A stretch of DNA of 64,000 nt from an uncultured Candidatus Saccharibacteria bacterium (lineage in GTDB: Bacteria; Patescibacteriota; Minisyncoccia; Phycocordibacterales; UBA9973). Position numbers and translations under genes: made by a program. Positions 38,188-49,500 of this stretch are shown one piece after another (the first letter of the stretch is position 1; every line of letters begins with the position of its first letter). A model generated the notes under the pieces. It was not told the origin of the DNA. It saw nothing but the letters and a program-made list of their open reading frames with translations, and did not search any database. The stretch lies in the NCBI GenBank assembly GCA_964571085.1, contig CAZMZT010000002.1:2784-66783 (forward strand). Reading direction: 5' to 3'.

Positions 38188-39129
38188 TTATACGGCTATA
38201 GGCGCCTTTATAGAGTCGTGAGGGTTGTAATCGACAAGTTCAAAGTCTTCGATAGTAAAGTCTTCTACATTTTTCTTATCTCCATTTATCTTCATGGTTG
38301 GCATTGGGCGTATATCATCCTTGCGAGAAAGCTGGAGATCTGCTTGCTCTAGGTGATTGAGGTAAAGATGTGTGTCACCACCAGTCCATACAAATTCTCC
38401 TGGCTGGAGTCCCGTCACTTGTGCGATTATCATTGTTAGAAGTGCATAAGAAGCGATGTTGAATGGTACTCCTAAGAATGTATCACAACTCCGCTGATAT
38501 AGCTGGCATGAAAGTTTGCCATCAGCAACATAGAACTGGAAAAGACAGTGGCAAGGTGGAAGCCCAGCCTTAGCCATCTCGTCTATATCTGCTACATTCC
38601 AAGCGGACACTATAAGCCTACGAGAATCTGGAGAACTTTTTATCTGTTCGATTACATTTTTGAGCTGGTCGATATGCTCTCCATTCGGAGCTGGCCAATT
38701 ACGCCATTGGTATCCATATATAGGACCCAGGTTTCCATAATCTTTTGCAAAAGATTCATCTGTTTTTATCCTCTCAACAAATTCTTTTATCCCAGTATTC
38801 CATTCATCGCTACCAGTTTTTGGTACATGTATATTGTTTCTTATTAAATAAGATTTATAAGGCCACTCATCCCAAATGTGAACATTGTTGTCAGCAAGGT
38901 ATTTTAGATTTGTATCTCCACGGAGGAACCAGATCAGCTCGTGGATTATGGACTTGATAGGTAGCTTTTTAGTAGTAAGAAGAGGGAACCCTTTAGACAA
39001 GTCAAAACGCATTTGATGGCCTAGCAATGAAAGTGTACCAGTCCCAGTACGGTCAGTCTTTTTCACACCTTCGCGCTTTATACGCTCTATAAGGTCGAGA
39101 TAAATAAGGTCTACATGTTCTTCTTTCAT
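38188..39129 (-). CDS. thyA: Thymidylate synthase
   Basis: [41 protein letters not shown]. Confidence 0.97.
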   Translation of the reverse strand: MKEEHVDLIYLDLIERIKREGVKKTDRTGTGTLSLLGHQMRFDLSKGFPLLTTKKLPIKSIIHELIWFLRGDTNLKYLADNNVHIWDEWPYKSYLIRNNIHVPKTGSDEWNTGIKEFVERIKTDESFAKDYGNLGPIYGYQWRNWPAPNGEHIDQLKNVIEQIKSSPDSRRLIVSAWNVADIDEMAKAGLPPCHCLFQFYVADGKLSCQLYQRSCDTFLGVPFNIASYALLTMIIAQVTGLQPGEFVWTGGDTHLYLNHLEQADLQLSRKDDIRPMPTMKINGDKKNVEDFTIEDFELVDYNPHDSIKAPIAV

Positions 39130-39233
39130 GACATCATTATACTCCCTTTTTCTTAAATTAAAAATTTGTAGAAAAAGCAGTCCTCGTGAGGGTAGTTTTT
39201 GATTTCTTGTTCAACATGCTAAAATCGTAGTAT

Positions 39234-40493
39234 ATGTATATCAAACTACAAGACGAAGAAATATTAAAAGCAATTGAAGGTGAGGCACTTCGTGAGGAAG
39301 ATGGACTTGAATTGATACCTTCTGAGAACTACGTGTCCATGGCTGTTCGTGAGGCCAATGGCTCTGTTTTTACAAACAAGTACTCTGAAGGCTACCCAGG
39401 CCGTCGCTACTATGGCGGACAGGACTTCACAGACGTAGTTGAGCGCCTAGCTATTGAGCGTGCATGCAAGCTATTTGATGCCAAGTATGCCAACGTCCAG
39501 CCACACTCTGGTGCACCAGCCAACCTCGCTGTATATTCTGCACTACTTGAACCAGGGGACACAGTGCTAGGCATGGACCTCTCTCACGGAGGCCACCTTA
39601 CTCATGGACACCCTATGACTCTACCTGCTAAAATCTACAACTTCGTCACTTACAAAATGAAAGACCCAGAGACTGGTGAGATAGACTACGAAGCCCTCCG
39701 CCAAGTAGCACTCGAGAAGAAGCCGAAAATAATTCTTGCAGGGTTCTCTGCATATCCACGTTCACTCGACTATCAGAAGTTTGTCGACATTGCGAAGGAA
39801 GTCGGCGCAATAACTATGGCTGACATGGCGCACATTGCTGGGCTCATCGCTGCAAAAGTTCTACCAAACCCGTTCGACTTTGGGTTCGACATCATTACTA
39901 CTACAACCCACAAGACTCTCCGTGGTCCACGCGGTGGGATGATACTCACTCGTGAGAGCGAGGAGATAGCCAAGAAGATCGACAAAGCCATCTTCCCAGG
40001 CATCCAAGGTGGCCCACACATGCACACTATCGCTGCGAAAGCTGTGGCATTTGGTGAAGCCCTCCGCCCTGAGTTTAAAGTTTATGCCGAGCAAGTTCTC
40101 AAGAATGCGAAAGCAATGGAGAAAGTATTGAAAGACGAAAGTGTGCGAATGATCGGAGGAGGGACAGATAACCACTTGATACTCGCCGACGTGTTCGGTT
40201 CGCTCGGAGTCACAGGTAAAGAAGCTCAGACAGTGCTAGATGAAGTAGGCATCACTCTCAACATGAACTCCATCGCTGGTGACACTCGTAAACCTCTAGA
40301 CCCATCTGGCATTCGCTTCGGCACCCCAGCCATAACTACCCGAGGATTTAAAGAAGATGACTGTGCAGAAGTTGCCAAGCTACTGATCGAAACCCTTCGC
40401 AACAAAGACAACGCAGACAAGAAAACTGAGATAAAATCCAAAGTAAAAGCCCTCGCCCACAAACATCCGATTCCTAAGAGTTTTATAGCATAA
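39234..40493 (+). CDS. glyA: Serine hydroxymethyltransferase
   Basis: [40 protein letters not shown]. Confidence 0.97.
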   Translation: MYIKLQDEEILKAIEGEALREEDGLELIPSENYVSMAVREANGSVFTNKYSEGYPGRRYYGGQDFTDVVERLAIERACKLFDAKYANVQPHSGAPANLAVYSALLEPGDTVLGMDLSHGGHLTHGHPMTLPAKIYNFVTYKMKDPETGEIDYEALRQVALEKKPKIILAGFSAYPRSLDYQKFVDIAKEVGAITMADMAHIAGLIAAKVLPNPFDFGFDIITTTTHKTLRGPRGGMILTRESEEIAKKIDKAIFPGIQGGPHMHTIAAKAVAFGEALRPEFKVYAEQVLKNAKAMEKVLKDESVRMIGGGTDNHLILADVFGSLGVTGKEAQTVLDEVGITLNMNSIAGDTRKPLDPSGIRFGTPAITTRGFKEDDCAEVAKLLIETLRNKDNADKKTEIKSKVKALAHKHPIPKSFIA

Positions 40494-40494
40494 T

Positions 40495-41145
40495 ATGCAA
40501 TTCAAGCCAGACAAACCAGCTAGCAATATAGAGAAGCAGAGCATTTGGAATGAATGGTCAAAAAAAGTCGAAAAAGTTACGGATGGCATAGGTTACCCAA
40601 TAGATCCAGGTATTAAAGACTCGGTGGTTGCTTTAAATGTTTTTGGTATTAAAACTGACGGTTCATGTGAAGGGCATCTAGATAGAGGACTGCCATATCC
40701 ATGGATAGATGTTCCAGTTATCTCTGATGAGTTGCGGGAAGAATTTTCAATAGCTCAAGAAAATATAGCCAAGAAAAAGTATTCTAACGAAGAAGAATTT
40801 AAAAAAGATGACCCCATAATGTATCAAAAAATGATGGAAATAAGAGCAAAACACCAAGAAGAAAGGAATAGAGTTAAAAGCAAGATTGATATACTTCTAA
40901 GTGAGTTCTATAATGAGCATACCCCTCATTCTACCGAATCCCAGATAATTCCTCATTATTCTCCAATGGGGTTTAGGGTCGAATTATATGGTAGCCGAGG
41001 ATTGGGTTTAGGGAATTGGAAAAAGTATGATGATAAAATTGGAAAATTATCACTTAAAGAAAAAGAAGTGTATCTAAAAAATAATCAAAGCGAGATGAAA
41101 GCTTTTACGGGATTTTTAAAAAATAAATTCTTGAATGAAAAATAA
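40495..41145 (+). CDS. Hypothetical protein
   Basis: DGIGYPIDPGIKDSVVALN..GIKT..SCEGH motif; AT-rich. Confidence 0.7.
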   Translation: MQFKPDKPASNIEKQSIWNEWSKKVEKVTDGIGYPIDPGIKDSVVALNVFGIKTDGSCEGHLDRGLPYPWIDVPVISDELREEFSIAQENIAKKKYSNEEEFKKDDPIMYQKMMEIRAKHQEERNRVKSKIDILLSEFYNEHTPHSTESQIIPHYSPMGFRVELYGSRGLGLGNWKKYDDKIGKLSLKEKEVYLKNNQSEMKAFTGFLKNKFLNEK

Positions 41146-41536
41146 TATGCCATTATTTAATGAAGGAAAAATGAATACACCAGAGTGGACACCAAGGATT
41201 ATTGAAACAGAGGGTGATTTTTGGGATGTTTTATATGATGCAAAGAACCAATTTTCTCAGATGCAATTTGCTGTGCACTTAAATACAAACAACGAAGAAG
41301 ATATAATAAAGCAAAACAACGAATTTACATATCTAAATTTTATTGACTACATAAAAACGCGCAATGAAACTCTATCTGAAAAAATTAAAAATCACAAAGG
41401 AGTGCAGGAAATGATAAAGGTCTATGATGGATTAATAGAAAGAGCTAGAAATGCTGACTCAAAAGAAAAGATGATGCAAATCGTGAAAGACAAAACAGAC
41501 TTTATAAAGAAGTACGATCTAGGGTTAGATAATTAA
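41135..41536 (+). CDS. Hypothetical protein
   Basis: Open frame packed between neighbours; start may be 41147. Confidence 0.6.
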   Translation: MKNNMPLFNEGKMNTPEWTPRIIETEGDFWDVLYDAKNQFSQMQFAVHLNTNNEEDIIKQNNEFTYLNFIDYIKTRNETLSEKIKNHKGVQEMIKVYDGLIERARNADSKEKMMQIVKDKTDFIKKYDLGLDN

Positions 41537-41537
41537 C

Positions 41538-42005
41538 ATGCCACATATCCATGAAAAAATTGATTTTACGGTAGAAGTATTCATTGTTTACAAAGACAAG
41601 GTCTTACTTCGTATGCATGATAAGTATGGTATCTGGTGCTCCGTAGGTGGGCATATAGAACTTGATGAAGATCCAATACAGGCTGCATATAGGGAAGTAA
41701 AGGAAGAAGTGGGTTTGGATGTAACTCTTGTAGGCAAGGATATACCTATACTTGAAAACGATAAGAATTTTGAAATCTTGATGCCACCGCAGTACTTTGG
41801 TCGCCATCGTGTCAGTGACACTCACGAGCACCTTGTGTCTGTTTACTTTGCTAGAGCTACTACTGACCAAGTTGCAGATTCAGAAAGCGAACATGAAAGG
41901 AGTGAGACACGTTGGGTGACAATGGAGGAACTCGACACCATGGATCTAGTTCCCAATATTAAATTCTATGCACAGGAAGCATTAAAGGAATTAGGAACCA
42001 AATAA
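41538..42005 (+). CDS. NUDIX hydrolase
   Basis: GGHIELDEDPIQAAYREVKEEVG Nudix box. Confidence 0.92.
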   Translation: MPHIHEKIDFTVEVFIVYKDKVLLRMHDKYGIWCSVGGHIELDEDPIQAAYREVKEEVGLDVTLVGKDIPILENDKNFEILMPPQYFGRHRVSDTHEHLVSVYFARATTDQVADSESEHERSETRWVTMEELDTMDLVPNIKFYAQEALKELGTK

Positions 42006-42007
42006 TT

Positions 42008-42415
42008 ATGAAGATATATTTTGCAGCATCAATACGAGGAGGTAGGGATGATCAAGGTCTATACCTTGAGATTGTTAGCTTGCTCAAGGATTATGGCGAA
42101 GTACTCACGGAGCATATTGCTGATGTGAAAATATCTCAAATGGGGGAGTCGGAAGCCAACGATTTTATATATGAAAGGGATATGGGCTGGCTCAAGGAGT
42201 CTGACATAGTGGTGGCTGAAGTTACCACTCCTTCACTTGGTGTTGGCTACGAGCTTGGGATTGCCGAGACATTGAAAAAGAAAGTCTTGTGTCTGTATCG
42301 CGAAAGCCCAGAGAGGTCATTGTCTGCTATGGTGCGAGGTAACAGTGCTTTCCAGGTGGAGAACTACAAGGAACTTGAAGATTTGAAAGAAATTTTTGAT
42401 AAACTTTTAAAATAA
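42008..42415 (+). CDS. Nucleoside 2-deoxyribosyltransferase / dNMP N-hydrolase (Rcl-like)
   Basis: IYFAASIRGG, VLTEH, SLGVGYELG, SAM. Confidence 0.88.
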   Translation: MKIYFAASIRGGRDDQGLYLEIVSLLKDYGEVLTEHIADVKISQMGESEANDFIYERDMGWLKESDIVVAEVTTPSLGVGYELGIAETLKKKVLCLYRESPERSLSAMVRGNSAFQVENYKELEDLKEIFDKLLK

Positions 42416-42416
42416 T

Positions 42417-43115
42417 ATGAAGAAGAAAAAGGGTAAATTCATAGTTATAGATGGCACAGATGGGAGTGGCAAGGCTACTCAGGTGGATTTGCTGACCAAG
42501 AAGCTCAGGAAGGATGGCTACACTATCAAGAACGTCGACTTTCCAGAATACTACAAGAACTTTTTCGGCAAATTCATCGGCCACTGCCTTTCCGAGCAGT
42601 ACTACAACTTTGTAAAAGTGCATCCGAAAATTGCCTCAGTACTTTACGCGGGGGATAGGTTTGAGTCCAAGGAGCAGATCGAAAAGTGGCTTGCGAGTGG
42701 CTACGTAGTACTTGCGAACAGGTATGTGAGTGCAAACCAGATCCACCAAGGAGGCAAGATCAAGAACGCCAAGAAGCGCGCTGACTTTATAAAGTGGCTC
42801 GACGAGATGGAGTACAAAGTTTTCAAGATTCCTAGACCAGATGTGGTCTTCTACTTGGACCTACCTATTTCAATATCAAAAAAGCTCATGAAGGAGAGGA
42901 ACAAGAATTCATCGCGTTCATATCTGGGTACCAAGAAAGACGCACACGAGAAAGACACAGAGTTCCTCGAGAATTCTCGCAAGAGCGCTCTCTGGCTTAC
43001 TAAAACTCAAAGTTACTACAAGAAGGTGGACTGTGCAATAAAGAACTCAATTCGTAGTAGGGAAGATATACACGAGGAGATTTATAGGAAGGTAAAAGGG
43101 TTACTAAAAAAATAA
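42417..43115 (+). CDS. tmk: Thymidylate kinase
   Basis: IDGTDGSGKATQ, LYAGDR, NRYVSAN, PDVVFYLD. Confidence 0.88.
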   Translation: MKKKKGKFIVIDGTDGSGKATQVDLLTKKLRKDGYTIKNVDFPEYYKNFFGKFIGHCLSEQYYNFVKVHPKIASVLYAGDRFESKEQIEKWLASGYVVLANRYVSANQIHQGGKIKNAKKRADFIKWLDEMEYKVFKIPRPDVVFYLDLPISISKKLMKERNKNSSRSYLGTKKDAHEKDTEFLENSRKSALWLTKTQSYYKKVDCAIKNSIRSREDIHEEIYRKVKGLLKK

Positions 43116-43470
43116 AAGGCATTATCTTTACGACAATGCCCTCCTCTTTCTGTTTAATTTTCTAGTTAATCTTTTTCGGGAGATTTTCCATCCCCCCTAC
43201 GTTTTTTGGTTTGGCCCACATTTTTCGGGCGCTTAGTACTGTTTGATTTGAAAACAGGTTTTACTCCCTGTCTGCGACGAGAGCCATTATTATTTTCTTT
43301 GAGCCTCTTTGGGCTTCCCATTCTGTCCATTGGTTTTAGTATTGGTGACTGCAAAAGACAAATCATTATCTTCTCTAGTCACCAATAAAACCTTTTCTAT
43401 ATTATATCATTTTTTAGTACTCATGTCAAACAATAAACTCACCAATAAAATTATGGTATATTTACTAAGT

Positions 43471-44007
43471 ATGATGATCCCAATAGTAAATGATCAAGAC
43501 GAAGTTATAGGAGAAGAAGAAAGGTCTATTGTTCATGAAAAAGGTATAAAGCATAGGGAAATCCACGTTTGGTTGGTGACTTCTAATAAAGAGTTCATAT
43601 TCCAAAAGAGAGGTTTGCAACAAGATACATGGCCTGGATTCCTGGATGTAACAGTTGGTGGGCATTTAGATACTGCTTCTGAAACATATCAAGAGGCCGC
43701 AGAGAGAGAGCTTTTTGAAGAGACAGGGGTCAAAGCTACAGTTCAATTTATAATGAAGGGATATTCAGAAAGATATGATCCAAATACAAAAAGCCAGAAC
43801 AATGCATTTCGCACAACTTTTGCAGTTAAATTTGAAGGAAGTATAGAAGACTTAAAAGTTGAAGATATAGCAGGTCTTGGGTTTGTTAAATTTTCTATCA
43901 ATGATTTGCATAATATGAAAGAGGAAGAAAAAGAAAAGTTCATCCCTAGGTTTCTTGAAGAATCATATTTTGATGTATACGAAAAGATTATAAATACTTT
44001 ATTCTAA
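43471..44007 (+). CDS. NUDIX hydrolase (IPP-isomerase-like fold)
   Basis: HREIHVW, QKRG, GGHL...AAERELFEETG; start ATG 43471 preferred. Confidence 0.85.
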   Translation: MMIPIVNDQDEVIGEEERSIVHEKGIKHREIHVWLVTSNKEFIFQKRGLQQDTWPGFLDVTVGGHLDTASETYQEAAERELFEETGVKATVQFIMKGYSERYDPNTKSQNNAFRTTFAVKFEGSIEDLKVEDIAGLGFVKFSINDLHNMKEEEKEKFIPRFLEESYFDVYEKIINTLF

Positions 44008-44430
44008 ATGAAAATCAAAGTTAAAAAACTAAAAGAAGGTGCAAAGTTGCCGACATACGCCCACCCAGGGGACATAGGGCTAGATCTGTACGCAATGGAA
44101 GACAAAGTACTAGCACCTATGGAGCACTACCGATTCTGGCATGGGTTTGCGCTCGAGTTCCCAGAAGGTTATGGTGCTATAATAATGGACAAGGGTAGTA
44201 TATCTAAAGCAGGGTTACACCACATGGGTGGAGTGTACGATGCTGGATATAGAGGTGAATACAACACTCTGCTTGTAAACTTGGGTACTGAGCCCTATGC
44301 CTTTGAGAAGGGTGACAAAGTATCTCAGCTAGTAGTAATGCCAATAGTGATAGCCGAACTTGAAGAGACAGATACACTGAGCGATTCATCGAGAGGTGAA
44401 GGTATGTTTGGGAGTACAGGGAAAAAGTAA
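44008..44430 (+). CDS. dut: dUTP diphosphatase
   Basis: GLDL, GGVYDAGYRGE, GDKVSQL, RGEGMFGSTG. Confidence 0.92.
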   Translation: MKIKVKKLKEGAKLPTYAHPGDIGLDLYAMEDKVLAPMEHYRFWHGFALEFPEGYGAIIMDKGSISKAGLHHMGGVYDAGYRGEYNTLLVNLGTEPYAFEKGDKVSQLVVMPIVIAELEETDTLSDSSRGEGMFGSTGKK

Positions 44431-44431
44431 T

Positions 44432-46132
44432 ATGGATATTAAAGAAAAAATAGAGAATTTAATAAAAGATGCACTAAAAAATCTCAGCATAGAAGCTGAG
44501 GACATTGTCCTCGAGCATCCAGCGGACATAAAGAATGGTGATTATTCTACAAACGTCGCTCTTGCTTGCGCGAAGGTTGCGAAAGTTAACCCGCGAGAAC
44601 TCGCCGACAAGATAAAGGCAGAACTCGAGAAGGACTTGCCAGAAGATATTTCTAAAGTTGAAGTCGCAGGAGCAGGGTTTATCAACTTCTACTTGTCTCG
44701 AGAATTTTTTGCAAATGCTACGAAAGATATTCTCAAGCAAGGCGACAACTGGGGTAAAAATGATTTGCTTGCGGGTAAGAAAGTCATGGTTGAGTATACT
44801 CAGCCGAACCCTTTCAAGCCGTTCCATATAGGTCACCTTATGAGTAACGCTATCGGTGAATCAATATCTCGCGTAGTAGAGTTCTCCGGTGCCAACACCA
44901 TCCGCGCCAACTATCAGGGCGATGTAGGTCCACATGTGGCCAAAGCTATCTGGGGGATAATGAACTCAGGCGAGGTGTATGAAGACCAAGGTGCACTATG
45001 GGTAGGTCAGCAATACGCCAAGGGTTCTGATGCATATGACAACGATGAAGAAAAGAAGAAAGAAATCGATGCGATAAACAAGAAAGTATATGACAAGAGC
45101 GATGAAGATATAAATAAAATATATGAATGGGGGAGGAAAGTCACCCTCGATGCATTTGAGGAGATCTATAAAACTCTTGGCACAAAGTTCGACTACTATT
45201 TCTTTGAGTCAGAAATGGCTCCAATAGGTGAGAAGATTGTCCGAGAGAACCTTGGCAAAGTATTTGAAGAGTCCGACGGCGCAATAGTGTTCCATGCGGA
45301 CAAATACGACCCCAAGCTCCACACTCGAGTATTCATAACTTCTATGGGCATACCTCTGTATGAGACTAAAGAAGTTGGCCTCATAGTCACAAAGTTTGAG
45401 AAAGAGAATCCAGATATATCTATTATCACTACTGCTATCGAGCAGGGTGAATATATGAAGGTAGTGCAGAAAGCAGTGTCTCTCATCCACCCTGACTATG
45501 AATCGAGGATGAAGCACGTGACTCACGGCATGATGCGCCTAGCTACTGGCAAGATGTCTTCTCGTAAAGGTAATGTGGTCACTGGAGAATCTTTGCTGAC
45601 TGATTCTATGGATGTTGTCCGCGAGAAAGTAGCCGATAGAGAGTTGTCTGAAGAAGAAAAGGAAACAATTTCTAGGGTTGTCGGTGTGTCTGCACTCAAG
45701 TACTCTATACTTCGTTCATCTATTGGTTCAGACATTGTTTATGACTTCGACAAGTCTATATCATTTGAAGGTGACTCTGGTCCATATCTGCAATACACTG
45801 CAGTGCGTGCAAACTCTATACACAAGAAAGCCGAGGCAGAAGGAATATGTGTAGCATATAAAGATACACCAAGCGAGGTATCCAACCTTGAGCGATCATT
45901 GTATCAATTCCCTGAAGTCGTCGAGCGTGCGTACCTGTCACTAGAGCCTCACCACATCGCTACTTACCTGACAGAGCTCGCAAGCGCGTTCAATGCTTTC
46001 TATGCCAATACTCAGATAGTAAATAAATCTGATCCATATGCACCATACCGCGTAGCACTTGTAGAAGCTTTCTATCAGACTATGAAGAATGGCCTTTACC
46101 TTCTGGGTATCAAAACTCCAGAGAAGATGTAA
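44432..46132 (+). CDS. argS: Arginine--tRNA ligase
   Basis: GDYSTN, GAGFINF, HIGH, KMSSRKG, GPYLQY. Confidence 0.96.
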   Translation: MDIKEKIENLIKDALKNLSIEAEDIVLEHPADIKNGDYSTNVALACAKVAKVNPRELADKIKAELEKDLPEDISKVEVAGAGFINFYLSREFFANATKDILKQGDNWGKNDLLAGKKVMVEYTQPNPFKPFHIGHLMSNAIGESISRVVEFSGANTIRANYQGDVGPHVAKAIWGIMNSGEVYEDQGALWVGQQYAKGSDAYDNDEEKKKEIDAINKKVYDKSDEDINKIYEWGRKVTLDAFEEIYKTLGTKFDYYFFESEMAPIGEKIVRENLGKVFEESDGAIVFHADKYDPKLHTRVFITSMGIPLYETKEVGLIVTKFEKENPDISIITTAIEQGEYMKVVQKAVSLIHPDYESRMKHVTHGMMRLATGKMSSRKGNVVTGESLLTDSMDVVREKVADRELSEEEKETISRVVGVSALKYSILRSSIGSDIVYDFDKSISFEGDSGPYLQYTAVRANSIHKKAEAEGICVAYKDTPSEVSNLERSLYQFPEVVERAYLSLEPHHIATYLTELASAFNAFYANTQIVNKSDPYAPYRVALVEAFYQTMKNGLYLLGIKTPEKM

Positions 46133-46380
46133 AAAACCGCCTGCAATGCTAAGATTGCTGGCGGTAAAATTGAGCACATAATGTGTTTAGGTTGACTACA
46201 ACAAGTAGATACTAATACGCCGGAAGGCATGGCATATTAATTTGTAATCATTTTTATGTAGGATTCCCTGCAATTAGCCCAGACACACTGGAGAAGGTTC
46301 AATTTGAACTTTATATTACTTATTTATATTACAATTGCAAGTTTTGCAATAAGGTAATTTTTATAGTATCTTATATATAT

Positions 46381-46529
46381 GCATTGAAGAGGCTATCACC
46401 TCGGAGCATTGGGAAGAAACCACACGGTGGGAGTAGAGCCCTATAAAATGAGAAGTAAGCAAGGTGGTACCACGAGAGAAACTCGTCCTTGTATAGCAAT
46501 TTTTATTGTTATACGAGGACGAGTTTTTT
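46381..46529 (+). ncRNA. T-box riboswitch leader of ileS
   Basis: Antiterminator caagg-TGGTACC-acgag-agaaa-ctcgt-ccttg (46460-46491); overlapping terminator 46482-46523 plus T6; candidate Ile specifier ATC at 46395. Confidence 0.9.
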
Positions 46530-46541
46530 AGTTATAAAATT

Positions 46542-49500
46542 ATGGAAAATAATACAAAAGGTAATAAATCAGAAGCAGCACTCCGCGAAGAGGGTGTTTT
46601 GGAGTTTTGGAAGGATAATGATATCTTCTCAGAGACTTTAAATCAATCTGAAGGCAAGGAAGAATTTGTCTTCTATGAAGGCCCTCCTACTGCTAACGGA
46701 AAGCCAGGTATCCACCATTTAGAAGCCCGAGCATTCAAAGACGCTATCCCTCGATACAAGACTATGAGAGGCTACCATGTTCGTCGCAAAGGGGGCTGGG
46801 ATACTCATGGGTTGCCAGTAGAACTTCAAGTAGAAAAAAAATTAGGCCTTGATTCCAAGAAAGCTATAGAAGAATACGGAATCGCAGAGTTCAACAAACA
46901 ATGTAAAGAAAGCGTATGGGAATATTTAGATATATGGAATAAATTTACCAAGCGCATAGGATACTGGGTAGACCAAGAGAATCCATATGTGACTTACCAT
47001 AACAACTACATAGAATCTGTATGGAATGTATTGAAACAAGTTGAAGATAAAAAACTTCTATATAAAGATTACAAAGTCGTACCTTGGTGTTCTCGTTGTG
47101 GTACCGCTCTTTCTTCGCATGAGCTTGCGCAAGGGTATGAAGATGTTAAAGATTTGTCAGTCTATGCGAAGTTCCCAATAGTTGGTTTTGATAAAGCGTA
47201 TTTTATTGCTTGGACTACAACTCCGTGGACATTAGCAGGTAACGTGGGGTTGGCTGTAGGACCTGATATAGATTATGTCGAAGCAAAAGTTGGAGACGAG
47301 ATATTGGTTCTAGCGAAAGAACTTCTCAGTAAGGTCACTGAACCATATGAAATAATTGCAGAGCATAAAGGTATTGAGATGGTGGGCATGGAGTACGAAC
47401 CACTTTATCCATATTTGAAAGATGCTCTACTTGTAAAGGGTGAAGATGTGAGTAAAGCGTTTAAAGTTTACGAAGCTTCATTTGTTACTACAACTGACGG
47501 TACTGGAATAGTGCATACAGCAGTTATGTATGGGCAAGAAGACTTTGATCTGGGTACAAAAGTTGGTTTACCAAAGTTCCACACAGTCGACGACACTGGG
47601 CACTTCATCAAAGGCACAGGGTTCCTAGAAGGAAGGTTCGTAAAAGATGAAGATGTGGCTGTGGATATCATTAAAGACCTTGCACATAGAGGACTACTCT
47701 TCAAGAAAGAAAAGTATGAACATTCATACCCACACTGCTGGCGATGTAAAACTCCACTTATCTACTATGCACGCGATTCTTGGTATATTCGCATGTCAGA
47801 TGCAAAGATAAAGAGTCAGTTGATAGAAGAGAATAAAACTATAAACTGGGAGCCAATGCACACTCGAGATGGGCGTTTTGGTGAGTGGCTCAAAGACATC
47901 AAAGACTGGGCAATATCACGTGAGCGTTATTGGGGTACACCACTACCTATCTGGCAGAAGGCCGACGGCAGTCGTATGGTGATAGATTCAATAGATACTC
48001 TTAAAAAGCATGTAAAGAAAAGTGGCAACAATTACTTTGTAATGCGACATGGTGGTACTGAAGGCAACCTCAAGGAACTAGTCAGCTATAAAGATCAAGA
48101 GAATGACAATCTAACTAGAGAAGGTGAAGCTCAAGTCCGACAGTCTGCAGAGAAATTGAAAGATAGCAAAATAGACCTAATCATATACTCTCCGTTTGTT
48201 CGTACCACTGAGACTGCTTCTATAGTGCGTGAAGTTTTAGGTTTAGATAAGGACCAGATGATCTCTGACCAAAGACTTATAGAAGTAGCTCCAGGAGAAT
48301 TTGATGGAAAGAACTGGAATGAATATCATGAACATTTGTATAATATGGAGCACGGATGGTTTGAAAGGAAAATCCCTGGAGGTGAATCGCTCCAAGATGT
48401 TACAGAGAGGACTGGAGCTGTGCTGTATGACCTTGAGGACAAGTACTCTGATAAAAATATTTTGATAATTACTCATGGCGGCCCAGCATGGACTATGTAT
48501 GTAGCGGCTGGTCTGTATGAGAAGCGTAATACTGAATATAAGAAAGCAGACACCCATGTATTCGTCAAAGAATTCCAGAGGTTCGACAATGCAGAGGTTC
48601 GTAGTCTACCTTTTGTTCCATTGCCACACAACAAATTTAATATTGTAGATTTACACAGACCTTATATTGATGAAGTTGAGCTTATGGATGAAGAAGGTAG
48701 TTCGATGATTCGCGTGAAAGAAGTAATGGATGTATGGTTCGACTCTGGCGCTATGCCTTTTGCCCAAGATCATTATCCATTTGAAAATAAGGAGTGGGTA
48801 GATGGCAAAGGATTCCCAGCGGACTATATTTCAGAAGCGATCGACCAGACTCGTGGATGGTTCTATACATTGCATGCTGTAGGGGTCCTGATGGGGCGTG
48901 GCAAAGCCTACAAGAACGTCATCTGCCTTGGGCACATCCTTGATGATAAAGGGAAGAAGATGTCCAAATCGCAGGGCAACATTGTAGACCCATGGCTCAT
49001 GATAGAGAAGTACGGCGTAGACACTCTTCGTATGTGGATGTATTCAGTCAACCAACCAGGTGAATCCAAGAACTTCGACGAGAAGACCGTAGCTCTACTT
49101 CATCAGCAGGTATTTAAACTTCTATACAATGTGCTGGCTTTCTATGAACTCTACAGAGATAAAGATTTAGAGGGTGATGAATACAAAGAGTCAGGCAACA
49201 TCCTCGATCAGTGGATAGTGGTAAGACTTACTGAACTCACTGACCTTGCAACCAAGAACCTGGATAATTATAAACTTCTTGAACCTACACGCGCGATACG
49301 TGAATTCATAGACGACCTCTCTACTTGGTACCTTCGTCGTTCACGCGACAGAATAAAGGAAGCAAATACGAAAGATAGTAAAGAAGCAAAGCAGACTCTA
49401 TACTTTGTATTGAAGAACTTAGCTAAACTTATGGCCCCACTTGCGCCGTTTACTGCTGAAGATATCTGGCAAAAGTTAAGGAATGATAAAGACGAAGATA

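Noticed and set aside
43166-43366. Small basic minus-strand ORF
   Set aside because: Low-complexity Lys/Arg-rich frame with no motif; could be real from ATG 43330 but unsupported
43379-43450. 12-bp direct repeat tcaccaataaaa
   Set aside because: Two AT-rich copies only, with no associated element
46506-46541. TTG start for ileS
   Set aside because: Falls inside the T-box terminator stem; ATG 46542 preferred
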